The notes beneath the pieces are model-generated. The model was not told where the DNA came from and ran no database searches. It saw only the letters and a list, made by a program, of their open reading frames with translations. This document shows, one piece after another, positions 30,281 to 40,439 of a stretch of DNA of 64,000 nucleotides (the stretch's first letter is position 1; every line of letters starts with the position of its first letter). The position numbers were made by a program, and so were the translations under genes. This stretch comes from a virus, in the IMG/VR virus record IMGVR_UViG_3300029982_000012. One strand, given 5' to 3'.

Positions 30281-30988
30281 CTATGTTGCCGTTCCAGTTC
30301 CATTTCCACTACCACCAATTCCACAAGTTTGCGATACACTAGGAGTGCAATTCCCAGTTATTGTAACCGTTCCTGTAGAGCGCTCTTCGATTAAAGCGAC
30401 ATAGGATTCTGCTATGGCTTGAGCTAATCTGGGCCAAAATACTCCCACAAAGTTAGGTGCTCCAGAAACTATAGCGGCTTGAATTGCGGTTGCGATCAAG
30501 CCAGAAAATTGACCATCTGAAATAATTCCTGTGCCCATGTAAATTTCCGGGTGGGCAGAAACAAGTGTCCAGGCAAGTGGATAGTAAGTTAAAATAGAGT
30601 CGTTAATTCCTTCACATAAGGCTAACAGGTATTCTCCTGAATTTCCTGTACTGGGAGGATATGCATCGTGAGAAGTTTTACCGAAATCTGCAATAATATA
30701 GTTTCTTACTCTGGTATATAGATCTTCAACAAAAAAAGTAGGATCTGTAACTATACCAATTCCGGCCCCCACTCCGGGAACAAGTGGCGAACCTTGGTTG
30801 CCGGTATCATTTGTCGTAAATTCAATTACTGGGCCACCAGAAACTAGGCCCATACCAATTGCATTTGCAAATTCAATATAATAAGAAGGATTGTTTTGGG
30901 ATAAAGGGGCATGTCCGCTTACAGCAGTCATCCTAGTATTAACGTTTGTTTTGACCAATGCTGCTAGGGCTGAACCGCTGGCTGCCAT
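30281..30988 (-). CDS. putative baseplate/virion structural protein
   Basis: A/G-rich helical protein downstream of spike gene. Confidence 0.55.
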   Translation of the reverse strand: MAASGSALAALVKTNVNTRMTAVSGHAPLSQNNPSYYIEFANAIGMGLVSGGPVIEFTTNDTGNQGSPLVPGVGAGIGIVTDPTFFVEDLYTRVRNYIIADFGKTSHDAYPPSTGNSGEYLLALCEGINDSILTYYPLAWTLVSAHPEIYMGTGIISDGQFSGLIATAIQAAIVSGAPNFVGVFWPRLAQAIAESYVALIEERSTGTVTITGNCTPSVSQTCGIGGSGNGTGTAT

Positions 30989-31653
30989 AATTGTCCTTTG
31001 TTGATTCCAGACTTAACTCTTTCAAATCCTAAAGATTTAAAATACACTAAATCTGCCAATATAACGCTATTTTTTTTAGAAAATTCTTCAAATTTTATCT
31101 TTGCATTTTCATCCCGAAAATACCCCTTAACTTCAAAATAACAATTCAATTCAGAAACCCAAAAATCTGGGGTATAAAATCCTACGGATGTCTTAAAGGC
31201 TTCCGGTTCATACTTCCAACTATAACTCTTTTCATTAAAATATTGAGCCAAAGATAGTTCCCACGAAGATCTCAATCTGTATCCTTTGTATTCAAATATT
31301 TTACATTTAGAAATTGAATATTTTTTCTTACATTTTGTAGAGCAATATTTTGCCGTATCTCTTCTTGCTGGATAAACGCTGAATGTGTTCCCACAAGAAC
31401 ATTCTTTTTTGATCAATCCGCCTTTATAATTTGGATTATTTTCACCACTAAAACTTTCTCTGGCGAGAATGATTTTCTTAGAAACATTTTTTCTTTCATT
31501 GGATTTTTGATAACATGAATTGCAATATGGGTATTTTTTGTCTCTTAAATTTTGAACTCTTTGAGTAAAAATGTTATTACAAATAGCGCAACTAAAATCT
31601 GCAACGGAATATTTCTTGTCGCAATCATGTCTTTGGTTAAAAAAATGTATCAT
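30964..31653 (-). CDS. homing endonuclease, PD-(D/E)XK type with zinc fingers
   Basis: RSSWE...YEP...YTPDF...EVKGY; SGENNPNYKGG; CxxC pairs; basic, AT-rich. Confidence 0.75.
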   Translation of the reverse strand: MIHFFNQRHDCDKKYSVADFSCAICNNIFTQRVQNLRDKKYPYCNSCYQKSNERKNVSKKIILARESFSGENNPNYKGGLIKKECSCGNTFSVYPARRDTAKYCSTKCKKKYSISKCKIFEYKGYRLRSSWELSLAQYFNEKSYSWKYEPEAFKTSVGFYTPDFWVSELNCYFEVKGYFRDENAKIKFEEFSKKNSVILADLVYFKSLGFERVKSGINKGQLWQPAVQP

Positions 31654-32567
31654 ACGTCACTCAAAACAGTGGTACTTGGTTGAACAGGGACTCCAGTTAT
31701 GAAATCGATTACATTCTGATGAGAATTTGCTGTGGTAATACCAGAAACTGGATTATTCAAATCAATTTCACTCGCTTTAATAACAGTCTTACCAGAAGAA
31801 GTTACTGTAGCGGAAGCACAAGTTATCTTTACGTCTGCGGTAGCCGTAACATTCAAATTAGTATTAGTAATTAAATTAATATCCTTTTTTGCATTAATCG
31901 TAGCATTGCCCGTTGTTTTGTCCATTCTAAATGTTACCATAGAATGGTCTACTTGAAAAGAGCCATCTTTCTCTATTTTCACTTCGGTGTTCCCTTGACT
32001 AGAATCGGTTGGAATTCCTTGGCTGTCAGTAGTCCCCTTAAAAATAAGGGAACAAGATCCATCCTGATTAATTTGTATGTTTACTCCGTTATACTCTCCG
32101 TAAAGTTGAGGGGCATTACTTGTAACGTTCGTAGGTCTATCTGGATGAATTAAGGTTCCTACCACAATAGCCTTATCGCCAATATTGTTAAGGCATTGGA
32201 TCAATACAATAGCTCCGTCTTGATTTGAAAAGGTTGGAAAGCCCTTACTATCTTGTTTCATGAGAGGTCTTAATGTGAATTCAAGATAATCTGCAATAGA
32301 ACCAAAGCCCTGCGTAGAAAGACAGTTTTTGTACAGAATTGAAGTCGATCCTTTGTTTTCATTTTGTTCAATTGTTAAAACATCATACTCTGTACAGAGA
32401 CCATTTTGGTTTTGTGGGTCGGTAGGAGCATAGGATCTTTTTACTAGTCCGGCTTTAATACCAGTATTCTTATAGGAACGATTAAAGGCGGCAACTGCTG
32501 TCTCACTACCATTTGGGGACAACAAACCGAAAGGAACAACTGTGCCGCTAGCTAATTTGGTACTCAT
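31650..32567 (-). CDS. baseplate central spike (gpV/gp5-like)
   Basis: OB-like N-terminus followed by beta-helix repeats; position after hub gene. Confidence 0.65.
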   Translation of the reverse strand: MSTKLASGTVVPFGLLSPNGSETAVAAFNRSYKNTGIKAGLVKRSYAPTDPQNQNGLCTEYDVLTIEQNENKGSTSILYKNCLSTQGFGSIADYLEFTLRPLMKQDSKGFPTFSNQDGAIVLIQCLNNIGDKAIVVGTLIHPDRPTNVTSNAPQLYGEYNGVNIQINQDGSCSLIFKGTTDSQGIPTDSSQGNTEVKIEKDGSFQVDHSMVTFRMDKTTGNATINAKKDINLITNTNLNVTATADVKITCASATVTSSGKTVIKASEIDLNNPVSGITTANSHQNVIDFITGVPVQPSTTVLSDV

Positions 32568-34445
32568 TTATGGAGTCCTCTTGAATTTATTTATTCCGGT
32601 ATTGGTGTTTGGTTGAGTAAAAGAGTTGGAATTAGCAATAGGAGGAGGTTCTGGATTGTCAGTTCTATAAACTGTGTCTTGTGCTTCAGATACACCCGGA
32701 AGAATCTGTGTTGTATCGTAATCATTAGTGCGTTTATCGTAACCGCTACCAAAACTCATTTCACTATAGTCAACCTGATTACCACTTTGAATGCTAACGC
32801 CGGAACTTAAAGTCGTATCGGTTCTAAAAAACTTTTTTCCATCTGGCTGTTGGTATGCCGTATGATTTATTCCCTCAATGTGATAAACGGTCTTATCAAA
32901 TTGTAGATTGTCTCCCACTGCAATAGGTTCTGGTATTCCAACCCAATTAATTGTTCCGCTAAATTTAAGGTGTCCACCAATTAAAGAATCTCCCATGATT
33001 CTTGCCCATCCTGGAGATCTAAATCCATTTGCACTATAAGGGGCCTGAGGAAGTCTGTCGAACTCAGAAGTAACAACATATGGACGCAAACCATTCCTTC
33101 TTACATCATCAATGTCATAAACATAATTTTGTTGTGCGGTTTCGTCTGAAATGTCAAAGCCTGCAGGTCCACTTACAGATCTTCCGTAATACTGAACAAA
33201 ATTCATTCTTAGGGCCTCATCTTTTCCCAAATTAAACCCAAAAGCTAAGGATGGATGGATATTCCATCTTGGTATTGACATAAACCTTGTAACTTTATAA
33301 GATCCATTTGCAAAATTATCGGTCGTAAAGGGTATCTGTCTAAATACTAGAGTTGGCATGACACTTCCACTTGGGGCAACCCTAAAGCATGTATAAAGTT
33401 CATTTAATGGAGCATTAGTAAATTGATTCAAAATAGCCCATGCCTTAATTTGATTCCAGTACTCTGGTTTAGTTACTGTATCGCCTTCGACAGGATTTGG
33501 CAAGAAAATAAAACGTCCATTACCCTGTGCCGTTGCATTCTGAGGTACTCCAGAAGGATTCATTCCTTGAGCTAAAGTGGCATTTGAGTTTGCGGAATAT
33601 TGTTGAATTCCGAAAAGATAATTATATGCGTCTTTGGCCGATTGCAAGTGCGAAAGACCAAGTAAATTCCCAACCCCTTGTGGCATAAAAAAGTGTACAT
33701 TTGGCGTTACGGGAGCAGCGCTATTTGTTTTTCTTCCCAAGTCATCTAATCCGGTTCCAATAAAAGAATTGATAAGATATTGCATTACGGACTGAATTTT
33801 CGTTAGGCCTTTTTCGGTTTGCAGATTGGCCCAATCGATACCGATTTGATTTGCAAAAAGCAAAGTATTTTGATCGGACTTATCTATCAAATAAGGATTG
33901 AAATAAATACAGTTGTTGAATTCTGTAAAAGCAAAAGCGGTAATCTGAATTGAATAGTATTTAGTTCCAGATTGAGGATCGGTATTTAATATTTTTCTAG
34001 CACTTTGAATTTTAAAAAATCCTTTAAACCCATCATTGATGCCATTTATTGGCTTTTGTGCTCTGGCATTGTCGGCAACCCTTCTTGCCTCTGATTCCCA
34101 ATTAAGCATATTAACGAAAACAAAATCTCCTGGGCTCAACTCGGTTTCATAATTCACATCAGTAATTACCAATGTGGCCGACATAGAGGGTGTAAGTACG
34201 GATTTTGAATCAGAAACAGTCAATTGAAGGCAATCGTTTTCAACAACCAATGGCTGAGAAGCAATAGTTGAATAGTTTTGAGTATTTGTAGGTGTAGTTC
34301 TTAAAGTATCTCTAACTTTCCATCTTAAAAAAGTTAATACCCAAGCAGGACTTGTTTGGTGAACAAAAATGTCATTTGCAAGATCATTGGCATTAGATCC
34401 ATTAGGTAGAATATCATAAGTGTAGGCTGTATGGTTGGCTGCCAT
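32568..34445 (-). CDS. baseplate hub protein
   Basis: Between tape measure and spike; SGTI...G.PE.IAVGDN....YHIEGI.H hub motif. Confidence 0.65.
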   Translation of the reverse strand: MAANHTAYTYDILPNGSNANDLANDIFVHQTSPAWVLTFLRWKVRDTLRTTPTNTQNYSTIASQPLVVENDCLQLTVSDSKSVLTPSMSATLVITDVNYETELSPGDFVFVNMLNWESEARRVADNARAQKPINGINDGFKGFFKIQSARKILNTDPQSGTKYYSIQITAFAFTEFNNCIYFNPYLIDKSDQNTLLFANQIGIDWANLQTEKGLTKIQSVMQYLINSFIGTGLDDLGRKTNSAAPVTPNVHFFMPQGVGNLLGLSHLQSAKDAYNYLFGIQQYSANSNATLAQGMNPSGVPQNATAQGNGRFIFLPNPVEGDTVTKPEYWNQIKAWAILNQFTNAPLNELYTCFRVAPSGSVMPTLVFRQIPFTTDNFANGSYKVTRFMSIPRWNIHPSLAFGFNLGKDEALRMNFVQYYGRSVSGPAGFDISDETAQQNYVYDIDDVRRNGLRPYVVTSEFDRLPQAPYSANGFRSPGWARIMGDSLIGGHLKFSGTINWVGIPEPIAVGDNLQFDKTVYHIEGINHTAYQQPDGKKFFRTDTTLSSGVSIQSGNQVDYSEMSFGSGYDKRTNDYDTTQILPGVSEAQDTVYRTDNPEPPPIANSNSFTQPNTNTGINKFKRTP

Positions 34446-34447
34446 GA

Positions 34448-36811
34448 TTAATGACTACCCCCAGAAGGACTAGGAGGACCCGCACTTTGCTGATTAGGTG
34501 CTTGGGCGGGTATTCCTAAGAAATTGTTTAATTGAGTTACTGCTTTCGCTCTTTCTACCGCATCGGCGGAAGTATTCATTATTTTTACTAGATTTGCAAT
34601 ATTTTGTCCAAATTTATCAAGTGCATCTTTTGTTGGAGCAATCTGAGATTGTAAACTGGAAAATAAATTATTGAAAAGTTTATCTCCCTGAGCTTGAATT
34701 GCATTCGTAGCATCTCCAGCCCTTCCACCAACGCCTGCTTCTAATTGGGCTTTCTTTGCATCTTCTAGAGCTTTATTTTGCTGTTTTGCATCTCCAGACG
34801 CCTGTGCGTCAACATAGGCTCCAGCAAAACGGAAGTCTTTTCCTAAATCTGGATTCTCAACCGTTGCATTTATCTCTGCTTGACCCAAAGCAGAACTAAC
34901 TTCTTTTTGTTGATCTTTGGTTAAAGAGGAAGTATCCAAAACAGACTGAAGACCGTATTTTTTCTTAAGATCTTTAAGTTTTTGAATCGATGTGTCACTG
35001 CTTTTAAATTTATTTTGAGACGCAGCAGTTACTTTATTTGCTTCCTGAATAATTTGCTCAGGACTTATTGGATTTCCAGCCCTAGAAGCATTCTCTGCCA
35101 ATTTCTGGACCATAGGGTTATCAACTGTTAATTGATCAATTGGAATATTAAAAAGTGCTGCCCTAGAAAAAGTATCTAACTTATTGAGGACTGGATTTTT
35201 AATGATTCCGGCAGCACGCATTGTTCCGGTTGGACCAGTTTGTTCTACGGATTTTTGTCTATATAGTTCATATGCATTCTGACCAGCCTCGATACCTCTT
35301 GTAGTCTTATCTCCACCAAAGAATTTACCGACTGTACTCAAAATCTGATCTAGGCCCTCAGAACTTGAAGCACCGGATCTATTTACAATGGTTGCAGCAG
35401 ATTCAATAAATTTTCTGTTTTCTTCTCTGTATTGGCTACCGTCTAATCCAGTTCTAGTTCCTTCAGCCAATATTTTTATAAATGCGTCTTTTGAGCCAGT
35501 GTCAGATCCAATAGACCCAGAAAGTTTTCCTAATACCTGACTGGCATTCGTAACATCTAAATTTCTTTCGGCTTGAAGTGCCGTAATTGAATTTCCTCTA
35601 GCAGATCTTGTTGATCCACCAGCACCAATGATATTGGATGCCGCCGTTCTTCCCTGTTGATCTGTAAAACCGGCGTCTTCTACTTTACCGTAAAAGCCTT
35701 TACCGCCAAGTCCATATCCATTGCCCCTTAATTCTTCATCGTTTAACCCCAACTGTCTCTGTGTCCCTAAATCGGTCTGATATGTTTGTAGGTACCTGTT
35801 AGCTGCTGCGGTTCTGATCCCTCTTTCTGGACCATTTTTAATGGCATTAAACTGTTCTTCTTGGGCTTGAGCTTGTTCATTTTTCTTTGTTTCTTCAAAT
35901 TCTCTTTGTTGATCTTTAGAACCAAATCGTCCTGCTATTGATCTAAAGGCCTGCATGAAGTTACCATGTTGGAGGGCTCCTGAGCCTTCCTCACCAAATA
36001 TTAAACTTCCAAGCATTCCTTGTGGCGTTTTTGTATTAGCCTTATACCTACCTGCAATTTTATCTTGGGCGTACTGAGCCGCCTGTAATCGATCGGAATT
36101 GAATGTCAAATCTTCTGCGGCACCACCATTTAAAAGGGAATTAAGTCTTTGACCGCCTTGTCCTTGGGTTTGAAAGGTCTGAGCCTCTATTTCCCTGGTT
36201 CGAAATTGGGATTCCGCAAATACCCTTCTTGTAGCTTCTATTCCTTTAATCCCAGCAACGGCTGTACCGATACCAGCCATTATCATTCCAGGAACGCCCA
36301 AGGCTCCAATGAGACCGGAAAGACTGGTAATACCGCCTTTAGGCATATTGAATGCGCTTCCACCTGCACCGCCAGCGCCGCCTGGGGAAGGCGTCTTGCC
36401 GCCTTTAGGATTTAAGGACTGCTGAAGGCGATCTCTAGTCTTTAGAATGGAATTGTAGTCTTCTTCTGCCTTATTGCGCTCCCTTGTCCAATAAGCCTTT
36501 TCTTTTTCGTTCTTAACGGATTCAACTTCTTTTCTTGAAATCTCTTCTAGTTTTCTTTTTTTGTCGTCTAATGCCCTATTAGCGATCTGAACAGCTTGCT
36601 GATCAAGCCTAGTAGATTTCTCTTTAGATCTTGTAGACTCTAGATTCTCCCTAAATACATCTGAAGAGGTCTTTTCGGCAGCGTTTTTGGATGAAGTCGA
36701 GCCAAGTTTTAACTTATCTGCATCCCCTTGAATCTTTTTGATTAATGTCGAAAATGCCTTCTCAAGTTCTGAGGTATCCGCACCAATTTTAAGTTTTGTT
36801 TCTAATGACAT
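34448..36811 (-). CDS. tape measure protein
   Basis: KIGADTSEL N-terminus, helical A/Q/K/G-rich, first gene upstream of hub. Confidence 0.7.
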   Translation of the reverse strand: MSLETKLKIGADTSELEKAFSTLIKKIQGDADKLKLGSTSSKNAAEKTSSDVFRENLESTRSKEKSTRLDQQAVQIANRALDDKKRKLEEISRKEVESVKNEKEKAYWTRERNKAEEDYNSILKTRDRLQQSLNPKGGKTPSPGGAGGAGGSAFNMPKGGITSLSGLIGALGVPGMIMAGIGTAVAGIKGIEATRRVFAESQFRTREIEAQTFQTQGQGGQRLNSLLNGGAAEDLTFNSDRLQAAQYAQDKIAGRYKANTKTPQGMLGSLIFGEEGSGALQHGNFMQAFRSIAGRFGSKDQQREFEETKKNEQAQAQEEQFNAIKNGPERGIRTAAANRYLQTYQTDLGTQRQLGLNDEELRGNGYGLGGKGFYGKVEDAGFTDQQGRTAASNIIGAGGSTRSARGNSITALQAERNLDVTNASQVLGKLSGSIGSDTGSKDAFIKILAEGTRTGLDGSQYREENRKFIESAATIVNRSGASSSEGLDQILSTVGKFFGGDKTTRGIEAGQNAYELYRQKSVEQTGPTGTMRAAGIIKNPVLNKLDTFSRAALFNIPIDQLTVDNPMVQKLAENASRAGNPISPEQIIQEANKVTAASQNKFKSSDTSIQKLKDLKKKYGLQSVLDTSSLTKDQQKEVSSALGQAEINATVENPDLGKDFRFAGAYVDAQASGDAKQQNKALEDAKKAQLEAGVGGRAGDATNAIQAQGDKLFNNLFSSLQSQIAPTKDALDKFGQNIANLVKIMNTSADAVERAKAVTQLNNFLGIPAQAPNQQSAGPPSPSGGSH

Positions 36812-36885
36812 TGTGAAGACCCCAGATTAAAATTAGACCCTTATAAGATAAGATTGACGGTTTAACCTTTACTTACTTATATCAC

Positions 36886-36914
36886 TTGACCTCAACCTTT
36901 AAATAGGGTATAAA
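36886..36914 (+). promoter_or_regulatory. sigma70-like promoter
   Basis: TTGACC-N17-TATAAA upstream of ORF 36921. Confidence 0.6.
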
Positions 36915-36920
36915 TATAGT

Positions 36921-37154
36921 ATGGCTAAAAAGACCAAAAAACCCAAAAAGGTCGTAAAAAAGACAAAAGAAAACAAAAATACTAAGGAAATTAAGTACTT
37001 AGAAAGATTAATTGAGTTAAGTTTGAGGAATGTTACTGGCAAATCAGAAGAATTAGATAAGTTATTCACGAATCAGGCCAATAGGATGAAGGAGCAGATT
37101 ATTAAATTAGAAGCAAATATCTATTTTAATAAGTGTTTTCTTGAAATTAAGTGA
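36921..37154 (+). CDS. hypothetical protein
   Basis: ORF after promoter. Confidence 0.55.
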   Translation: MAKKTKKPKKVVKKTKENKNTKEIKYLERLIELSLRNVTGKSEELDKLFTNQANRMKEQIIKLEANIYFNKCFLEIK

Positions 37155-37166
37155 TATATTAATTTT

Positions 37167-37454
37167 ATGCATGACGACGATTACGATGATGATTGTTTTG
37201 ACGCTTTTAGGTATCTCTTGGGAAGTCTTAATGATGATATTAAAGATGATTCAGAAGAATACCCTCGAATGGTTGGTATGAGTAAGTGGCTACAATTAGA
37301 AGCTGAAGCCGCTACTGCCAATATTTTTCCAGATGTTGGGGTAGATTGGGCTCGCATGGAACCAGAAGCCAGGACCTGTTCCCACGAATGGGCGATCTAT
37401 CAGGGACTAAATGAAAAATATGAATTTTGTAAGAAGTGCGATGAGAAAAAATGA
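37167..37454 (+). CDS. hypothetical protein
   Basis: C.HEW...C.KC zinc-finger end; ATGA overlap with dut. Confidence 0.6.
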   Translation: MHDDDYDDDCFDAFRYLLGSLNDDIKDDSEEYPRMVGMSKWLQLEAEAATANIFPDVGVDWARMEPEARTCSHEWAIYQGLNEKYEFCKKCDEKK

Positions 37455-37915
37455 GAGTTAAAATTAAAAAATTGCATCCAGATGCCATCATACCAAAATA
37501 CGCAACTCCAGGCGCTGCCGGTTTTGACTTGGTTGCCATTGAAGATGTAGCTATCGAACCTAGCACTACGGTTCTGATTAAAACAGGACTATCTTTTGAA
37601 ATACCGGAAGGCTACGAACTTCAAATTCGCCCACGATCTGGGACGTCTTTAAGAACACCTCTTAGAGTAGCAAATAGTCCAGGAACTGTTGACGCCGATT
37701 ATCGCGGAGAAGTTTGTGTGATTATGTCTAACATTCAAGTACATCCATCATACAGTGCTGGGCTATATGGTGTAAGTTTAGCGCAATACATTAACAAGGG
37801 TGATCGTATTGCTCAAGGCGTTATCTGTCCAATTATTCAAGGTTCGTTTGTTGAAGTCGAAGAGTTAAACAATACCCAGCGTGGTGCGGGTGGATTTGGG
37901 AGTACTGGGGTATGA
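37451..37915 (+). CDS. dut: dUTPase (trimeric)
   Basis: AGFDL, RPRSG, GTVDADYRGE, GDRIAQ, RGAGGFGSTG. Confidence 0.97.
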   Translation: MRVKIKKLHPDAIIPKYATPGAAGFDLVAIEDVAIEPSTTVLIKTGLSFEIPEGYELQIRPRSGTSLRTPLRVANSPGTVDADYRGEVCVIMSNIQVHPSYSAGLYGVSLAQYINKGDRIAQGVICPIIQGSFVEVEELNNTQRGAGGFGSTGV

Positions 37916-38169
37916 CATCTAGAGATTTTGCATATTGGCTCCAGGGTTTCCTTGAGGTTTCTAATCCTACACATATAGGAGAAAATGAAACCACTATTAT
38001 TAAAAATCATCTAAATATGGTTTTTAAGCACGAGATCGATCCTTCTCATGGCGATAAAAAGCATCAAGAAGAATTGAGTAAAATTCATCAGGGATCCTCA
38101 TTGCCAATTTCTGACGAAATGCGTCGCGTGCTGCAATCTGGGATTATCGAAGCTAAATTTAACTGTTAA
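37912..38169 (+). CDS. hypothetical phage protein
   Basis: DFAYWLQGF.E motif; ATGA coupling. Confidence 0.65.
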   Translation: MTSRDFAYWLQGFLEVSNPTHIGENETTIIKNHLNMVFKHEIDPSHGDKKHQEELSKIHQGSSLPISDEMRRVLQSGIIEAKFNC

Positions 38170-38178
38170 GGAAATCAT

Positions 38179-38403
38179 ATGCCCAAAGCAATACTGGAAT
38201 TTAATTTACCAGAAGAAAAGGAAGAGTTTGAGTCAGCCAAAAATGGTGGGTGTTATAAACTTGCTCTTTGGGATCTAGACCAATACCTAAGAGGTATCTT
38301 AAAATACAATAGTGATGCTCATGACCAAAAAACAATCGACGAATTACAAAATACAAGAAATAAACTTCATGAGTTTCTTCACGATTACGATTTGAGTTTA
38401 TAA
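38179..38403 (+). CDS. hypothetical phage protein
   Basis: KAILEFNLPEE motif common in phage ORFs; AAGGA RBS. Confidence 0.65.
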   Translation: MPKAILEFNLPEEKEEFESAKNGGCYKLALWDLDQYLRGILKYNSDAHDQKTIDELQNTRNKLHEFLHDYDLSL

Positions 38404-38408
38404 AAAAT

Positions 38409-38609
38409 TTGCGGCTGCGTGGAAAGCTAGTTAGGTACTGGAAGAGTCGTGCGCTCCAGTTTAAGATAGAAATACGCCTACGAGAGACACGCCTAATATA
38501 TCTAAGGCTGGAGCCTTATTGTGCGTTGGACGATAATCTGAACGCATCGAGTGCAGGGTAGATACTGCATAGGTAAACATCCAGAGTGGGATTTGCGCCC
38601 CACCCGCAA
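38409..38609 (+). ncRNA. tRNA-shaped structured ncRNA, copy A
   Basis: TTGCGG/CCGCAA closing stem, GCGTGGAAAGC...AGAGACACGC, several internal hairpins, GTGGG-ATTTGCGC-CCCAC; homolog at 46013-46174. Confidence 0.7.
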
Positions 38610-38611
38610 TA

Positions 38612-38785
38612 TTAATTCTTGTTTTTTTCGTAGATCTTAACTTCTTCTTTTATTATCTGACGACCTTTTTGTCGTTCTTTTCTATTAGCTTTACGCACAT
38701 CTTTTAGGGTACTATAGCCGTCTGTAGCCATTTCTATGGCTTGCTTACACCGTTTAGCGGTCTTTAGGGTATCTATCTTTGCCAT
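38612..38785 (-). CDS. small basic hypothetical protein
   Basis: 57-aa ORF MAKIDTLK... with AAGGA RBS (below ORF-track cutoff). Confidence 0.5.
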   Translation of the reverse strand: MAKIDTLKTAKRCKQAIEMATDGYSTLKDVRKANRKERQKGRQIIKEEVKIYEKNKN

Positions 38786-38822
38786 AACTATCCTTTAAAC
38801 GATACATAAAGAGGCTTTTGTG

Positions 38823-39089
38823 TCATTTAATCGCTTCATAATAAGATTCTGGCGCACCAATAAATTCAGTGTATCTGTAAAATTTTATAAGTCTATCGAT
38901 TATCACGATCAATTCTGGCGTAAAACCAATATCTTCACCTAAATAGAAAGCTACCACCACGCAGGGGCACCCAGTACTTGTGGCGCAAACCGAAATTGCA
39001 CTCCCAAGATCGTAACTCACCTTATGTGTTTTGTAAAATTTTTGTACAAAATTCTTATTTACGATGTACCTATTTAGGTCTATCTTCAT
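38823..39089 (-). CDS. hypothetical protein
   Basis: ORF in tandem minus-strand array. Confidence 0.55.
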   Translation of the reverse strand: MKIDLNRYIVNKNFVQKFYKTHKVSYDLGSAISVCATSTGCPCVVVAFYLGEDIGFTPELIVIIDRLIKFYRYTEFIGAPESYYEAIK

Positions 39090-39099
39090 TTACGAAACC

Positions 39100-39282
39100 T
39101 TACATGTTATTTTCTAGACCAAATTTTTTTATTATAGGGTTTGGAGTATCAAGATTTTTCTGTATCTCAGTCATGTTCTTGATTATTGCTTTAATTGTAA
39201 AAAATCCCAATAATATCCATACCAAACATAATACTAGCCTAGGAGTATTCCCACTTCTATTCATATTCAAAACCCAAACCAA
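39100..39282 (-). CDS. small membrane protein
   Basis: Single hydrophobic helix; start uncertain. Confidence 0.45.
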   Translation of the reverse strand: MVWVLNMNRSGNTPRLVLCLVWILLGFFTIKAIIKNMTEIQKNLDTPNPIIKKFGLENNM

Positions 39283-39592
39283 TCATTGCCTTTAGTGCAA
39301 ATGGATTTTCTTTAAGATCGGAAATCAAATGCGTAAATATAGGATCCTTTTCCATTTCACAAAGTACGGGGGCCATAAAATATCCTGGGCTGTGGTCGGC
39401 AGCAAATTTTAGATATTTTTCACCTTCTTCTTCCATATCCATGGCAAAATAATCATGGGCAACTGAAGTCATACATTTAGAGTATGCAAGATGTGGCAAA
39501 GCATCTTTGTTGAGAATGAGATAGTCCAATAGAACACCTAGTTCTTTTATGAGATCCTCATGGTCTTGTGGGATATCGCCGTATGTTTTCAT
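39257..39592 (-). CDS. hypothetical protein
   Basis: TAATG coupling. Confidence 0.6.
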   Translation of the reverse strand: MKTYGDIPQDHEDLIKELGVLLDYLILNKDALPHLAYSKCMTSVAHDYFAMDMEEEGEKYLKFAADHSPGYFMAPVLCEMEKDPIFTHLISDLKENPFALKAMIGLGFEYE

Positions 39593-39810
39593 TAAAGAAA
39601 TTTAATTTCCCCAGAAATGTTAGTAATACAAAAATCTAAATAGGTTCCAGTGTATCTGCCTTCTTTATCGTATTGAGCATTGAATTCCCTAAAAAAGGTT
39701 TCCATATCTTCCAATGAATAGAATTTCCTCATAGCGGGAGTGGCATCCTCGACATAATATACGACATGATAAGGTTTACTTTTGGTTTTTTTAGTGGCCT
39801 TCTTTTTCAT
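39592..39810 (-). CDS. hypothetical protein
   Basis: GGAGAG RBS before MKKKAT. Confidence 0.55.
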   Translation of the reverse strand: MKKKATKKTKSKPYHVVYYVEDATPAMRKFYSLEDMETFFREFNAQYDKEGRYTGTYLDFCITNISGEIKFL

Positions 39811-40279
39811 TGTTCTCTCCAAATTTTTGAATTACTTTTTCTGCATCGGAAAATGTAAGTCCGTTCTTGCTATCTATTTGTACTAACCTGTCTATAAAGG
39901 GCGCTAAGTCTGTTCCGTCATCAATAATTACAAAATTTGTAATTTCTGGATGGTACTTTAAATAAAGAGCGATCTCGTGGCCTCTATATCCATTTTCCAA
40001 AACTGGGGTTACGCCAACAATAAAGGATCCTGAAATATGGTACTGGTCAAACATTTCTTGCAGAGCTTCTATGGTGTAGTGTTTTCTCCAACTAGAAGTG
40101 ATAACTATTTCGACTTTGGGGACTTCTTCTAAAATATATTGAAGATTTGACATCGCAACTGGATCAAGAACTTTAGAACTAACGGTATTCGTTAAACCCA
40201 ACAAATTCAAACGATTATTACAAATCATCGAACTAACTGAAACTAGGACCCCATCGATATCGACAAAGAGGGCTTTCAT
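39791..40279 (-). CDS. HAD-family phosphatase (Swiss-Army-knife RNA-repair HAD type)
   Basis: LFVDIDGVL, IVITSSWR, RG.EI..YL, FVIIDD, GLT. Confidence 0.85.
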   Translation of the reverse strand: MKALFVDIDGVLVSVSSMICNNRLNLLGLTNTVSSKVLDPVAMSNLQYILEEVPKVEIVITSSWRKHYTIEALQEMFDQYHISGSFIVGVTPVLENGYRGHEIALYLKYHPEITNFVIIDDGTDLAPFIDRLVQIDSKNGLTFSDAEKVIQKFGENNEKEGH

Positions 40280-40439
40280 ACTCTAAATACCTTAATGGTT
40301 CCACAATATCTACATTTACTGACCAACTTACGAGCCACGGGACGTTTCGTGCTTATCTCTTGATCAAATATGTCTATGGAATCCATAGTATGGAATCTAT
40401 GTGGACAGAAAAACAGTCTTAAAATTTTGTATAGATACT

